The notes under the pieces were generated by a model that had not been told where the DNA came from, searched no databases, and worked only from the letters and a program-made list of their open reading frames with translations. Of a stretch of DNA of 32,000 nt, positions 8,909 through 16,806 are shown in pieces (position 1 is the stretch's first letter; each line of letters starts with the position of its first letter). Source of the DNA: Candidatus Electrothrix yaqonensis (lineage in GTDB: Bacteria > Desulfobacterota > Desulfobulbia > Desulfobulbales > Desulfobulbaceae). The translations under genes were made by a program, and so were the position numbers. The stretch lies in the NCBI GenBank assembly GCA_047651235.1, contig CP178758.1:420001-452000 (forward strand), read 5' to 3'.

Positions 8909-10303
8909 TCACCCCTCCAGCGCGTTTTTCTCCACATACTCCCGAATCAAGGCGGCATCAGCGTCCATGATTTCGCAGCGGCTTTCTTTGTCAGCCAGCC
9001 CGGCCAGGGCCGGAGGAAGTTCCACTTCGTTGCCTGTTGCCTTTCGGACAGCCTCGCCGAATTTGGCCGGATGAGCTGTGGCAAGGCAGACCACCGGTCG
9101 ATCCTGTTGCAGTTCCTGTGCCGCCCGGACGCCCACGGCAGTGTGGGGATCGAGCAGGTAATCCTGCTCCTGATGGAACTGACGAATTGTGGCAATGGTT
9201 TCCTCCTCGGAGACTGAGCGGGAGGCAAAATCACGGGCAGCTTGATCTTTGAATCGGGACAGATCAATCCGGCCGGTGGCTGCAAAGTTCTCCATATCCG
9301 CCTTGACCTTGGTGCCGTCCTGATTGTGCAGATAGTAGAGATAGCGCTCGAAATTGGAAGCGATCTGGATATCCATCGACGGACTGAAGGTCGGGGTTAC
9401 GGGCCCGGCAACGGAATAATCGCCTTTATTGACAAAGCGGGTCAGGATATCGTTGGAGTTAGTGGCCAGAATCAGGCGGTTGATGCAGCCTTCCGGCAGC
9501 AGTCGCTTGGCCACATACCCGGCAAAAATATCGCCGAAGTTGCCGGTGGGCACAGAAAAATCCACGGACGGAAAGCCCTGTTTGCGCAGCTTGAGACAGG
9601 CAAAGACGTAGTACACGACCTGAGCAAGCACCCGCGCCCAGTTGATGGAGTTGATTGCTCCCAGCTGATATGTATCTTTGAATTCCAGATCACTGAACAG
9701 CTCTTTGACAATGGACTGGGCATCATCAAAGGTGCCGTTGACGGCAATATTGAAGACATTGGCATCAGTGACCGTGGTCATCTGCAGGGCCTGAATCGGG
9801 CTGGTGCGGCCGTGCGGATGGAGAATAAAAATATTGATTCCCTTCCGGCCCCGGACGCCGTAAATCGCCGCGCTGCCGGTATCCCCGGAGGTCGCGCCGA
9901 TGATGTTCATGAAACCGCCGCTCTTCTGCAGTTCGTACTCAAACAGGTTGCCAAGCAGCTGCAGGGCCACGTCCTTGAAGGCCAAGGTGGGGCCGTGGAA
10001 CAGCTCCAGGATATACAGCTCACCGGCCTTGCGCACCGGGGTCACATGGGGATGACGGAATGTGCCGTAGGCCCGGTCAATCAGATCCTCCAGAGCTGCG
10101 CGGGGCATTTCCCCGGTGAACAGAGACAGCACCTCCAGAGCAAGATGCTGATAGGAAAGATTCTGCCAGGCGTTGAGCAGAGCCGGTTCAACAGAGGGCA
10201 GACGTTCCGGCAGCAGCAGGCCGCCGTCCCGCGCCAGCCCCATCATCACTGCCTGATCAAATGCAATCGGTTCTATTCCGCCTCTGGTGCTGATGTATTT
10301 CAT
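8909..10303 (-). CDS. thrC: Threonine synthase
   Basis: 464 aa. 'MKYISTRGG' N-terminus, PLP-lysine context 'GPTLAFKDVALQ', and overall ThrC-like sequence. Confidence 0.92.
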   Translation of the reverse strand: MKYISTRGGIEPIAFDQAVMMGLARDGGLLLPERLPSVEPALLNAWQNLSYQHLALEVLSLFTGEMPRAALEDLIDRAYGTFRHPHVTPVRKAGELYILELFHGPTLAFKDVALQLLGNLFEYELQKSGGFMNIIGATSGDTGSAAIYGVRGRKGINIFILHPHGRTSPIQALQMTTVTDANVFNIAVNGTFDDAQSIVKELFSDLEFKDTYQLGAINSINWARVLAQVVYYVFACLKLRKQGFPSVDFSVPTGNFGDIFAGYVAKRLLPEGCINRLILATNSNDILTRFVNKGDYSVAGPVTPTFSPSMDIQIASNFERYLYYLHNQDGTKVKADMENFAATGRIDLSRFKDQAARDFASRSVSEEETIATIRQFHQEQDYLLDPHTAVGVRAAQELQQDRPVVCLATAHPAKFGEAVRKATGNEVELPPALAGLADKESRCEIMDADAALIREYVEKNALEG

Positions 10304-10592
10304 AATCCGCTCTGCTGGTGTTTGCTCTGCTGCAGCTCAGCGCCACAGCAACGAGCTGCAAGTTTTCCGAAAAACTGACTTCTCTCCCGACGCTGCCCGA
10401 CGGGATCACAGGAAGGAATTCTACAGTGTATCTGCAGGATGTTCAAATAGTATTTGCTGCATCTTTGACCAGTATCCCCGAGAGCACCATCGACTGCGGG
10501 GCCCCCCTGTCCGTTGTGTTTTGCGGGTATTCCTAGTATCGTGAGGGAATTGTAAACAGAGATAACATACCGGATGCAGCAGGAGCAGAACA

Positions 10593-12233
10593 ATGAACAT
10601 TGCAGGATTTGAGAAGGTTGCCCAGTATCTGACTCATCCGTTGGTAGTCTTAGGTTTTGTGCTGATGCTCTTTTTCAAGGTTCACGGAATGCTGCTCAAG
10701 TCAGGAGTGCTGCCCCAGGTGAGCAAGAAAGACGGCGGCGATATAGTCAAGCGGATGCTGCGTTACGGCTTCTGGCTGGGTATAGCTTTAGTGCTGGCGA
10801 TGTTCCTGCTGCAGTTCTCCGGTATCGGGCTGTCTGTCTGGAACAGCTACATGGAAAAGGAAAAGGTGCAGGCGCGTGATGCAAATAAATTGGCACGAGA
10901 GGTTATTGCGCTACAGCAAAAGCAATTGGAGGCCAAGGATGAGCTGATCAAAACCATGACCGAAGCCATTACTGCTCTACCTAAGACAGGTGCACCGCCC
11001 AAAGATATCAATGCAGCCTATCAGGAATTGGAGAAAGGCAACACTGGGAAGGCCCAAGACATCTTTGCCGAACTCGCTGCTGCAAAGGAAGCTGCTGGGA
11101 AGAAGAACAATCAGGAGGCGGCAGAGGCATACCGGCACTTGGGTGCATTGGCCTATATGAACAAACCCAAAGAAGCCCTGGTTGCCTATCAGAAAGCAGT
11201 GCAGCTTGATCCGGATAATACAGAAGGTTTGAACATGCTGGGGCTTCTGCTTCGCCGTACAGGTGAGCTGGGCGAAGCGGAGGAAATGCTCAAGAAAGCC
11301 GTCAAGGTCAATCACGACTCCGGCTGCGAAAAAGGCACAGCCTGCGCGAGCATCAATTTGGGTATTGTGTATAAGACACGCGGTGAGCTGGACAAAGGAG
11401 AACTGCTTTTCAAAGGCGCCCTTGAGACAAGCCGATCCTTAGGAGATAAGGAAGGTATGGCACAAGCCTACACCAATCTGGGTGATCTGTATCGAATACG
11501 CGACAAACTGGAACAGGCGGAACAGATGCAGAAGAAAGCTCTGGAACTCCATGAGGCCCTAGGTAACAGAGAAGGCATGGCTGCTAATTATGCCAATTTG
11601 GGTATTGTGTATGCGATCCACGGCGAGCTGGAGCGGGCGGAACAGATGCACCGGAAAGCTCTGGAACTCAACGAAACATTGGGTAGCAAGGGAGGTATGG
11701 CTGGTCAGTACGGTAATCTGGGCAATATGTATCAGATACACGGCGAGTTGGAACAGGCGGAACAGATGTATAGAAAATCTCTGGAGCTTAACGAAGCCTT
11801 GGGCAACAAGGAAGGCATGGCGCGGAATTATGGAAACTTGGGCAGTGTGTACGCAAAGCGCGGTAACCTAGATCAGGCAGAACAGATGTACTGGAAATCT
11901 CTGGAATTCGACGAAGCCTTGGGCAGTAAAGAAGGTGTGGCAATAGATTACGGCAATCTGGGCATTGTGTATCAGACACGCGGGGAGCTGGGCAAGGCGG
12001 AAGAGATGTACAGGAAAGCTCTGGAATTCAACGAAGCTCTGGGGCGCAAAGAAGACATGGCATCAGCTTATGTTCAGCTGGGCTTTATTTATGGGATGCA
12101 GGGCGAGCTGGACCGGGTAGAAACTTCGTGGAAGAAAAGTCTGAGCTTGTTTCAGGCCATACAGCACCCAAATGCCAATAAGGTACAGCAGTTGCTGGAT
12201 AAGCTGGACCAAATACGCGCCCGCCGCCTGTAA
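10593..12233 (+). CDS. Membrane-anchored tetratricopeptide-repeat (TPR_12-like) protein
   Basis: 546 aa. Two N-terminal hydrophobic helices ('LVVLGFVLMLFF', 'FWLGIALVLAMFLLQF'), then a coiled-coil linker, then about 7-9 TPR units of the form 'EGMA.NYGNLG.VY...GEL.QAEQMY.KALELNEALG'. AGGAG lies 8 nt upstream of the ATG. Confidence 0.85.
   Translation: MNIAGFEKVAQYLTHPLVVLGFVLMLFFKVHGMLLKSGVLPQVSKKDGGDIVKRMLRYGFWLGIALVLAMFLLQFSGIGLSVWNSYMEKEKVQARDANKLAREVIALQQKQLEAKDELIKTMTEAITALPKTGAPPKDINAAYQELEKGNTGKAQDIFAELAAAKEAAGKKNNQEAAEAYRHLGALAYMNKPKEALVAYQKAVQLDPDNTEGLNMLGLLLRRTGELGEAEEMLKKAVKVNHDSGCEKGTACASINLGIVYKTRGELDKGELLFKGALETSRSLGDKEGMAQAYTNLGDLYRIRDKLEQAEQMQKKALELHEALGNREGMAANYANLGIVYAIHGELERAEQMHRKALELNETLGSKGGMAGQYGNLGNMYQIHGELEQAEQMYRKSLELNEALGNKEGMARNYGNLGSVYAKRGNLDQAEQMYWKSLEFDEALGSKEGVAIDYGNLGIVYQTRGELGKAEEMYRKALEFNEALGRKEDMASAYVQLGFIYGMQGELDRVETSWKKSLSLFQAIQHPNANKVQQLLDKLDQIRARRL
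11281..12130 (+). repeat. In-frame 120-bp tandem periodicity (about 7 units) encoding 40-aa TPR units
   Basis: 'aacagatg' starts at 11521, 11641, 11761 and 11881, and 'aagagatg' at 12001, an exact 120-bp period. 'gaaggcatgg'-type motifs recur in phase. Confidence 0.9.
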
Positions 12234-12264
12234 GCTGCTTTGTTTCGGGTTTCGTAAATCATGG

Positions 12265-12468
12265 TTATTCTTCCATCCGCCGCCGGGGAATATCCTGTAA
12301 CTCAGGTTCACTCCCGCCAAGGTCAGCAAGACGACGGCGGCTTTCCCGCTCAATCAATGCCTGAAGTGCCTGCCGCAGAAGGGTAGCTTTTTCCTTGATA
12401 CCGGTAAGCGTTCGGGCTTCTTCAAACAACGCACTGTCAATACTGTCGATATTCACTGTCATCGGCAT
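12265..12468 (-). CDS. VapB-like (ribbon-helix-helix / DUF2191-type) type II antitoxin with no adjacent toxin
   Basis: 'MPMTVNIDSIDSALFEEARTLTGIKEKATLLRQALQALIE' matches the small VapB-family antitoxin pattern. Start set at ATG 12468 (AGGGTGA upstream). Only 31 bp separate its stop from the convergent TPR gene. Confidence 0.6.
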   Translation of the reverse strand: MPMTVNIDSIDSALFEEARTLTGIKEKATLLRQALQALIERESRRRLADLGGSEPELQDIPRRRMEE

Positions 12469-12491
12469 ACTGTTCACCCTGGCATTCTGCA

Positions 12492-12513
12492 GGGGCAGTT
12501 GACGACCTGCCCC
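12492..12513. promoter_or_regulatory. Perfect hairpin/palindrome GGGGCAG-N8-CTGCCCC between dapA and vapB
   Basis: 7-bp perfect arms (12492-12498 and 12507-12513) with an 8-nt spacer and no U-tract. It could be a dapA transcript-end structure or an antitoxin operator. Confidence 0.3.
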
Positions 12514-12535
12514 CGATCTCCGCAGATAAAATCAA

Positions 12536-13423
12536 TCAGATCAACCCCACCACCTTCATCTCGGCCAGCAGCTTGTTCAACGAAGCCTCGTCCATCTCGG
12601 TCATGGGCAGGCGCACTTCCGGCGCGGCAATCTTGCCCATCAGATGCAGGGCCTTCTTGGCCGGGGCCGGGTTGGGATAGCAGAACATGGTGCCCATCAG
12701 GGCGAAGAGCCGGTAATGAATTTCCTTGGCCTTGGCCAGATCACCGTTCAGGGCGGCCTCCATCATGGCAGCCATCTCGCCGGGCGCGATATTGGAGGTT
12801 ACAGAGATAACCCCTTTGCCGCCGATGAGTGCAGTGGGCATGGAGGTGAAATCATCCCCGGACAGAACGATGAAGTCATCCGGGCAGAGGCGGATAACCT
12901 CGGAGATCTGGTTCAGGCAGCCGCAGGCTTCTTTAATAGCAATAACATTGGGTATTTCCGCCAGACGGGCAACAGTGGCCGGGGCCATATTCGTCACAGT
13001 CCGTCCTGGTACATTGTACAGCACCATAGGAATATCCACGGCATCGGTGATCGCCTTGAAATGCTGATACAGCCCTTCCTGACTGGGCTTGTTGTAATAA
13101 GGTACCACAGAGAGCACGGCATCTGCCCCGCTGGCCTTGGCCGACTCGGTCAGCTCAATGGCCTCCAAGGTATTATTGGCTCCTGTTCCGGCTATTACCG
13201 GTACCCGTCCGGCCACAGTCTTCACCGTCAGCTCGATCACCTTTTTATGCTCTTCAAATCCGAGAGTGGCTGACTCTCCCGTGGTGCCACAGGGTACCAG
13301 TCCGTGGATACCGTTATCTATCTGAAAATTAATCAGGTCGGTCAGGCTCTGTTCGTCCACCTTGCCGTCCCGCATAGGCGTGACAATGGCGGTAAGCGCA
13401 CCGTGAATCTTTGTTGCTGTCAT
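12536..13423 (-). CDS. dapA: 4-hydroxy-tetrahydrodipicolinate synthase
   Basis: 295 aa. 'GTTGESATL', 'YNVPGRT' and the Schiff-base lysine context 'AIKEACG'. Confidence 0.92.
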   Translation of the reverse strand: MTATKIHGALTAIVTPMRDGKVDEQSLTDLINFQIDNGIHGLVPCGTTGESATLGFEEHKKVIELTVKTVAGRVPVIAGTGANNTLEAIELTESAKASGADAVLSVVPYYNKPSQEGLYQHFKAITDAVDIPMVLYNVPGRTVTNMAPATVARLAEIPNVIAIKEACGCLNQISEVIRLCPDDFIVLSGDDFTSMPTALIGGKGVISVTSNIAPGEMAAMMEAALNGDLAKAKEIHYRLFALMGTMFCYPNPAPAKKALHLMGKIAAPEVRLPMTEMDEASLNKLLAEMKVVGLI

Positions 13424-13441
13424 CGTGTTTTCTCCTTGTAG

Positions 13442-14302
13442 TTAGAGCAGTGCTTCGGCTTCCATTTTTCCTGTATAAATAACGTAAGCAGGTCCTTTGA
13501 GAAAAACATTATACACATTCTGTTCTGTTCCGCTGCTGCCCTCCCGGGCATCAAATAAAATGGTCAATCGATCGCCGCCCGACGTGATAATTTCCACCGG
13601 TGAAGCAGCCTGACCAAGCAGAGAGGCGATAATGGCGCTGGCTGCCGCCCCGGTGCCGCAGGCAAGGGTTTCATCTTCCACCCCGCGTTCATAGGTCCGC
13701 ACCTTGAAAGCATCTCCCTGCTGCTGGACAAAATTGACATTGGTTCCGGCGGGCATGAAGGCCTCATGATGCCGGATAGTGCTGCCCAGGAAGCGGACAT
13801 CCAGCTCGTCTATATCATCTGTATTATCAATAAAGACAACTGTGTGCGGCACCCCGGTATTAATGCTGTGTAGTTTGAACGGGGCATTGTTCATCGAGAT
13901 CTCCTGATTGAGCTGCAGGTTCACCGGGTCAGTCATCTTGACAGATACGTCGTGCCCGGCAACCTCGGCCTCAATGATGCCAGCCAGAGTGGCAAAACGC
14001 ATTTTTTTCGGGGCAATGCCCTGCAGAAAGGCAAAGCGGGCTGCGCAGCGGGCGCCGTTGCCGCACATCTCGGCCACCGAGCCGTCAGCGTTGAAAAAAC
14101 GCCATTGGAAATCAGCCTGTTCAGAGTTTTCAATCAGAATCAGGCCATCTGCACCGGCGGAAAATTTGCGGCGGCAAACTGCAGCGGCAAATTCGGACAT
14201 GGCATCCGGGGCAATCAGAGGAGTGCGGTGGTCAATGAGGATAAAATCATTGCCTGTACCGCTCATCTTGACAAAGGGGACAGGAAAGGCGGGTGTCTGC
14301 AT
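13442..14302 (-). CDS. dapF: Diaminopimelate epimerase
   Basis: 'FVKMSGTGNDFILID' and both catalytic-Cys contexts, 'MCGNGARC' and 'ACGTGAAA'. I trimmed the start from the track's 14380 to ATG 14302, giving a typical DapF N-terminus. Confidence 0.9.
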   Translation of the reverse strand: MQTPAFPVPFVKMSGTGNDFILIDHRTPLIAPDAMSEFAAAVCRRKFSAGADGLILIENSEQADFQWRFFNADGSVAEMCGNGARCAARFAFLQGIAPKKMRFATLAGIIEAEVAGHDVSVKMTDPVNLQLNQEISMNNAPFKLHSINTGVPHTVVFIDNTDDIDELDVRFLGSTIRHHEAFMPAGTNVNFVQQQGDAFKVRTYERGVEDETLACGTGAAASAIIASLLGQAASPVEIITSGGDRLTILFDAREGSSGTEQNVYNVFLKGPAYVIYTGKMEAEALL

Positions 14303-14414
14303 ATCTATCTTTCTTGAAGGGTATTTTTTGACGTTACTATAGTGACTGATGGGCTGTATATCAAGAGAAAACGTAATCATTTACTCAACAGAGCTGTTCT
14401 GTAATATTTGTAAC

Positions 14415-14448
14415 CAAGGTATAACTGACATCAAGGTATAACTGACAT
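14415..14448. repeat. Perfect 17-bp direct tandem repeat (CAAGGTATAACTGACAT x2, plus a partial third copy)
   Basis: Read directly: 14415-14431 and 14432-14448 are identical. It lies in the dapF/nifB divergent intergenic region. Confidence 0.9.
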
Positions 14449-14647
14449 CAAAGCAGAGGGAAATAAGGAGGTCACCTTATTGAGTGTTGTTTTCCGATAA
14501 CCGCTGTTGTGAAAAATTCTTTGAGCGTCTACGAATCAGGCAGCCATGCCGCCATGGCCGGTGTGCGGATGCTGCCACCGCTCTTCAACTCCTGATTCGC
14601 ACTTATTTGTTCTACAGTACAACATAATTGTATCCTTGGTTCATTTT

Positions 14648-14703
14648 TGTCTTTAACAGGACAGACAGAGATTGCGTATATTGTTCCTGTTCCTTTCCTC
14701 ACA
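14648..14703 (+). promoter_or_regulatory. Two TGT-N10-ACA motifs (NifA-type upstream activator sequences)
   Basis: TGTctttaacaggACA at 14648-14663 and TGTtcctttcctcACA at 14688-14703. These lie about 100 and 50 bp upstream of the sigma54 -24 element. Confidence 0.5.
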
Positions 14704-14749
14704 CCTACCAAGGATTTGAAATAAAACGGATAAAATATGCCATATACTT

Positions 14750-14766
14750 CGGCACAGCTGTTGCAA
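14750..14766 (+). promoter_or_regulatory. Sigma54 (-24/-12) promoter for nifB
   Basis: cGGCACagctgTTGCAa matches the TGGCAC-N5-TTGCW consensus with exact GG-N10-GC spacing. It lies about 88 nt upstream of ATG 14852. Confidence 0.7.
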
Positions 14767-14851
14767 GTAGCTTTGGCAGATAACAAAATAAAAAATAAAA
14801 GAATCCGTTACGGCCACAATTCCGCCGTTTATTTTTCAACAGGAGCAAGGT

Positions 14852-16126
14852 ATGCGCACTATAGATTTCAACCGTCACCCATGTTTCAATGCCAAGGTCA
14901 AAGGACAGTACGGCAGGGTGCACCTCCCGGTTGCTCCGAAATGCAATATTCAGTGCAACTACTGCAATCGCAAGTACGACTGCGTTAATGAATCGCGGCC
15001 CGGTGTGACCAGCACCGTACTCTCGCCGGACCAGGCCCTGTATTATATGGGTAAGGTACTGGAAAAGGAACCGCGCATTTCTGTGGCCGGGATTGCCGGG
15101 CCAGGCGATCCGTTCGCCAATGCTGAAGAAACCCTGGAAACCATGCGCCTGATTCGGAAAAATTATCCGGACACCATCCTCTGTCTGGCCTCCAACGGTA
15201 TGAATATGGCGCCCCATGTGGAGGAACTGGCGGAAATAGGCGTGTCCCATATCACGGTGACCGTGAACGGCGTGGATCCGGCAGTTACGGAAAAAGTGTA
15301 TTCTTGGGTCCGGGACGGCAAGGTTCTCTACAGAGGGCGACAGGGCGCGGAACTGCTGCTGGCCCGCCAGCTCAGCTCCATTGAAAAGCTCAAGCAGCAC
15401 GGCATCACGGTCAAAATCAACACCATCCTGATTCCGGGCGTTAATGATCACCACATCATTGATGTTGCCAAAACCATGAAGAAACTCGGTGCGGATCTGT
15501 TCAACTGCATGGCCATGTTTCCCAATGCAGATACAGTGTTTGAAGATATCCCGGAGCCGTCCAAGGCAACCATGAATGCAACCCGCAATGAGGCGGAAAA
15601 ATACCTGCCCCAGATGCGCCACTGCACCCGCTGCCGGGCCGATGCAGTAGGGCTGCTGGACGATGATAAAACCGATGAAATGCGCGGCTGCCTGAGTGCC
15701 TGCGCCAGTCTGCCCAGACATGCCGAAGCCAAACGGCCTTATGTGGCGGTTGCCACGCAGGAAGGCGTGCTGGTCAATCAGCATCTGGGTGAGGCCACTC
15801 GCTTCCAGATCTGGGGGCAAAACGCACAGGGCGGTTATGCCCTGATCGAAGAGCGGCAGGCACCTGCTCCCGGCGGCGGTGCCCAGCGCTGGCTGAACAT
15901 CAGCCGGATTCTCAGCGACTGTCAGGCCATCCTGGTCAATGATCTGGGCGACGGCCCGAAAGAGGCCCTGAGCAAACGCGGACTCAAACCTGTTGCCATG
16001 TCCGGGTTTATTGAAAAAGGACTTGAGGCGGTCTATAGCGGCAAAGGATTGTCCGCCCTGCAGGGACGGATGCGGAAGTGTTCATCAAAAGGCGAGTGTC
16101 TGGGCACCGGAACCGGGTGCGGATGA
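14852..16126 (+). CDS. nifB: Nitrogenase cofactor biosynthesis radical-SAM protein NifB (radical SAM domain plus C-terminal NifX/NifB-type domain)
   Basis: 424 aa. 'HPCFNAKVKGQYGRVHLPVAPKCNIQCNYCNRKYDCVNESRPGV' is the NifB signature around the CxxxCxxC cluster. The C-terminal 'YVAVATQEGVLVNQHLGEATRFQIW' matches the NifX-like domain. GGAGCAAGG lies before the ATG. Confidence 0.85.
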   Translation: MRTIDFNRHPCFNAKVKGQYGRVHLPVAPKCNIQCNYCNRKYDCVNESRPGVTSTVLSPDQALYYMGKVLEKEPRISVAGIAGPGDPFANAEETLETMRLIRKNYPDTILCLASNGMNMAPHVEELAEIGVSHITVTVNGVDPAVTEKVYSWVRDGKVLYRGRQGAELLLARQLSSIEKLKQHGITVKINTILIPGVNDHHIIDVAKTMKKLGADLFNCMAMFPNADTVFEDIPEPSKATMNATRNEAEKYLPQMRHCTRCRADAVGLLDDDKTDEMRGCLSACASLPRHAEAKRPYVAVATQEGVLVNQHLGEATRFQIWGQNAQGGYALIEERQAPAPGGGAQRWLNISRILSDCQAILVNDLGDGPKEALSKRGLKPVAMSGFIEKGLEAVYSGKGLSALQGRMRKCSSKGECLGTGTGCG

Positions 16127-16314
16127 GGAAGGGTTCGGGGCCGGGACTGCTGAGTTGACTGCGCTCCAGCGCTGACCAATGCATCCGGTTCCGGCCTGTC
16201 AGGCGCAGGTAAAAGGTTATCCGTCGGCGGGCTTGGAACAGCGTTTTATCCTTTCGGTCCGACTTGCTCCCGCGCCCGGTCAGGTTATTTTTTCTTGTTT
16301 TTTCAACACAACGG

Positions 16315-16803
16315 TCAGAAGCCCGGATCCGTTTGGCGCCGGGTATAGGTCTCAATGCGGTAGGAAACAGGGCCGGAGACTTCCTCTATCTGCAGCAGCG
16401 CAAAGGGCGGGCAAGTGAACTCCGGAAAGAAGGCATCACCGGCAATCTCCTGTTCCAGCCGGGTCAGAATCAGGGTGTCGGCCCTGTCCAGGGCCTGGCG
16501 GTACAGCTGGGCCCCGCCGATAATAAAGATTTTTCCTTCCCCGGCTGCGGTAATCCCCTGCTCCAGTGAATGGGCAACGTCAGCACCGGCAGCAGAAAAT
16601 TCGGTATTTCGGGTCACTACAATATTCCGCCGCCCGGGCAGGGGCCGCCCGATGGACTGCCAAGTCTTCCGGCCCATGATCAGAGTATGGCCCATAGTGA
16701 TCTCTTTAAACCGGATCTGTTCGCCCGGAATATACCAGGGAATGCCGTTCTCACGGCCGATTACCCGGTTGGCGGCCATTGCCGCGATAAGAATGAGTTC
16801 CAC
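16315..16803 (-). CDS. folA: Dihydrofolate reductase
   Basis: 162 aa. 'LIAAMAANRVIGRENGIPW' and 'IMGRKTWQSIGRPLPGRRNIVVT'. The GTG start lies 3 nt after the recA stop. Confidence 0.9.
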   Translation of the reverse strand: MELILIAAMAANRVIGRENGIPWYIPGEQIRFKEITMGHTLIMGRKTWQSIGRPLPGRRNIVVTRNTEFSAAGADVAHSLEQGITAAGEGKIFIIGGAQLYRQALDRADTLILTRLEQEIAGDAFFPEFTCPPFALLQIEEVSGPVSYRIETYTRRQTDPGF

Positions 16804-16806
16804 GGC

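Larger units (their letters stand above)
5002..15015. other. (coordinate placeholder removed - see next entry)
   Basis: Entry error; ignore it. The correct operator coordinates are in the following feature. Confidence 0.

Noticed and set aside
9242-10378. 378-aa + strand ORF
   Set aside because: It is antisense to thrC and has no family resemblance.
11281-12130. Regular repeats considered as a possible CRISPR-like array
   Set aside because: The period is 120 bp with no alternation of conserved repeats and unique spacers. The whole array is in frame and encodes TPR units inside a 546-aa ORF.
12234-12262. ATG directly after the vapB-like stop ('MIYETRN...') as a possible remnant of a VapC/PIN toxin start
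   Set aside because: The reading frame is antisense to the 3' end of the TPR gene and shows no PIN acidic residues. The resemblance is limited to three residues.
14532-14599. 68-nt multi-stem element considered as a tRNA or tRNA-like gene
   Set aside because: It has no T-loop (GTTCRANYC) or D-arm features and no cloverleaf geometry, and its closing stem is 9 bp. I kept it only as an unexplained structure.
14529-14786. 85-aa minus-strand ORF in the dapF-nifB intergenic region
   Set aside because: It has no Shine-Dalgarno sequence and no family resemblance. It overlaps the sigma54 promoter, the UAS motifs and the hairpin element, so it is more likely non-coding.
14705-15820. 371-aa minus-strand ORF
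   Set aside because: It is antisense to nifB, whose radical-SAM and NifB signatures are clear on the plus strand. Its 5' part also overlaps the sigma54 promoter.
16127-16314. Rho-independent terminator between convergent nifB and folA (T-runs at ~16286-16305)
   Set aside because: T-rich tracts are present, but I could not pair a convincing GC-rich stem immediately upstream on either strand.
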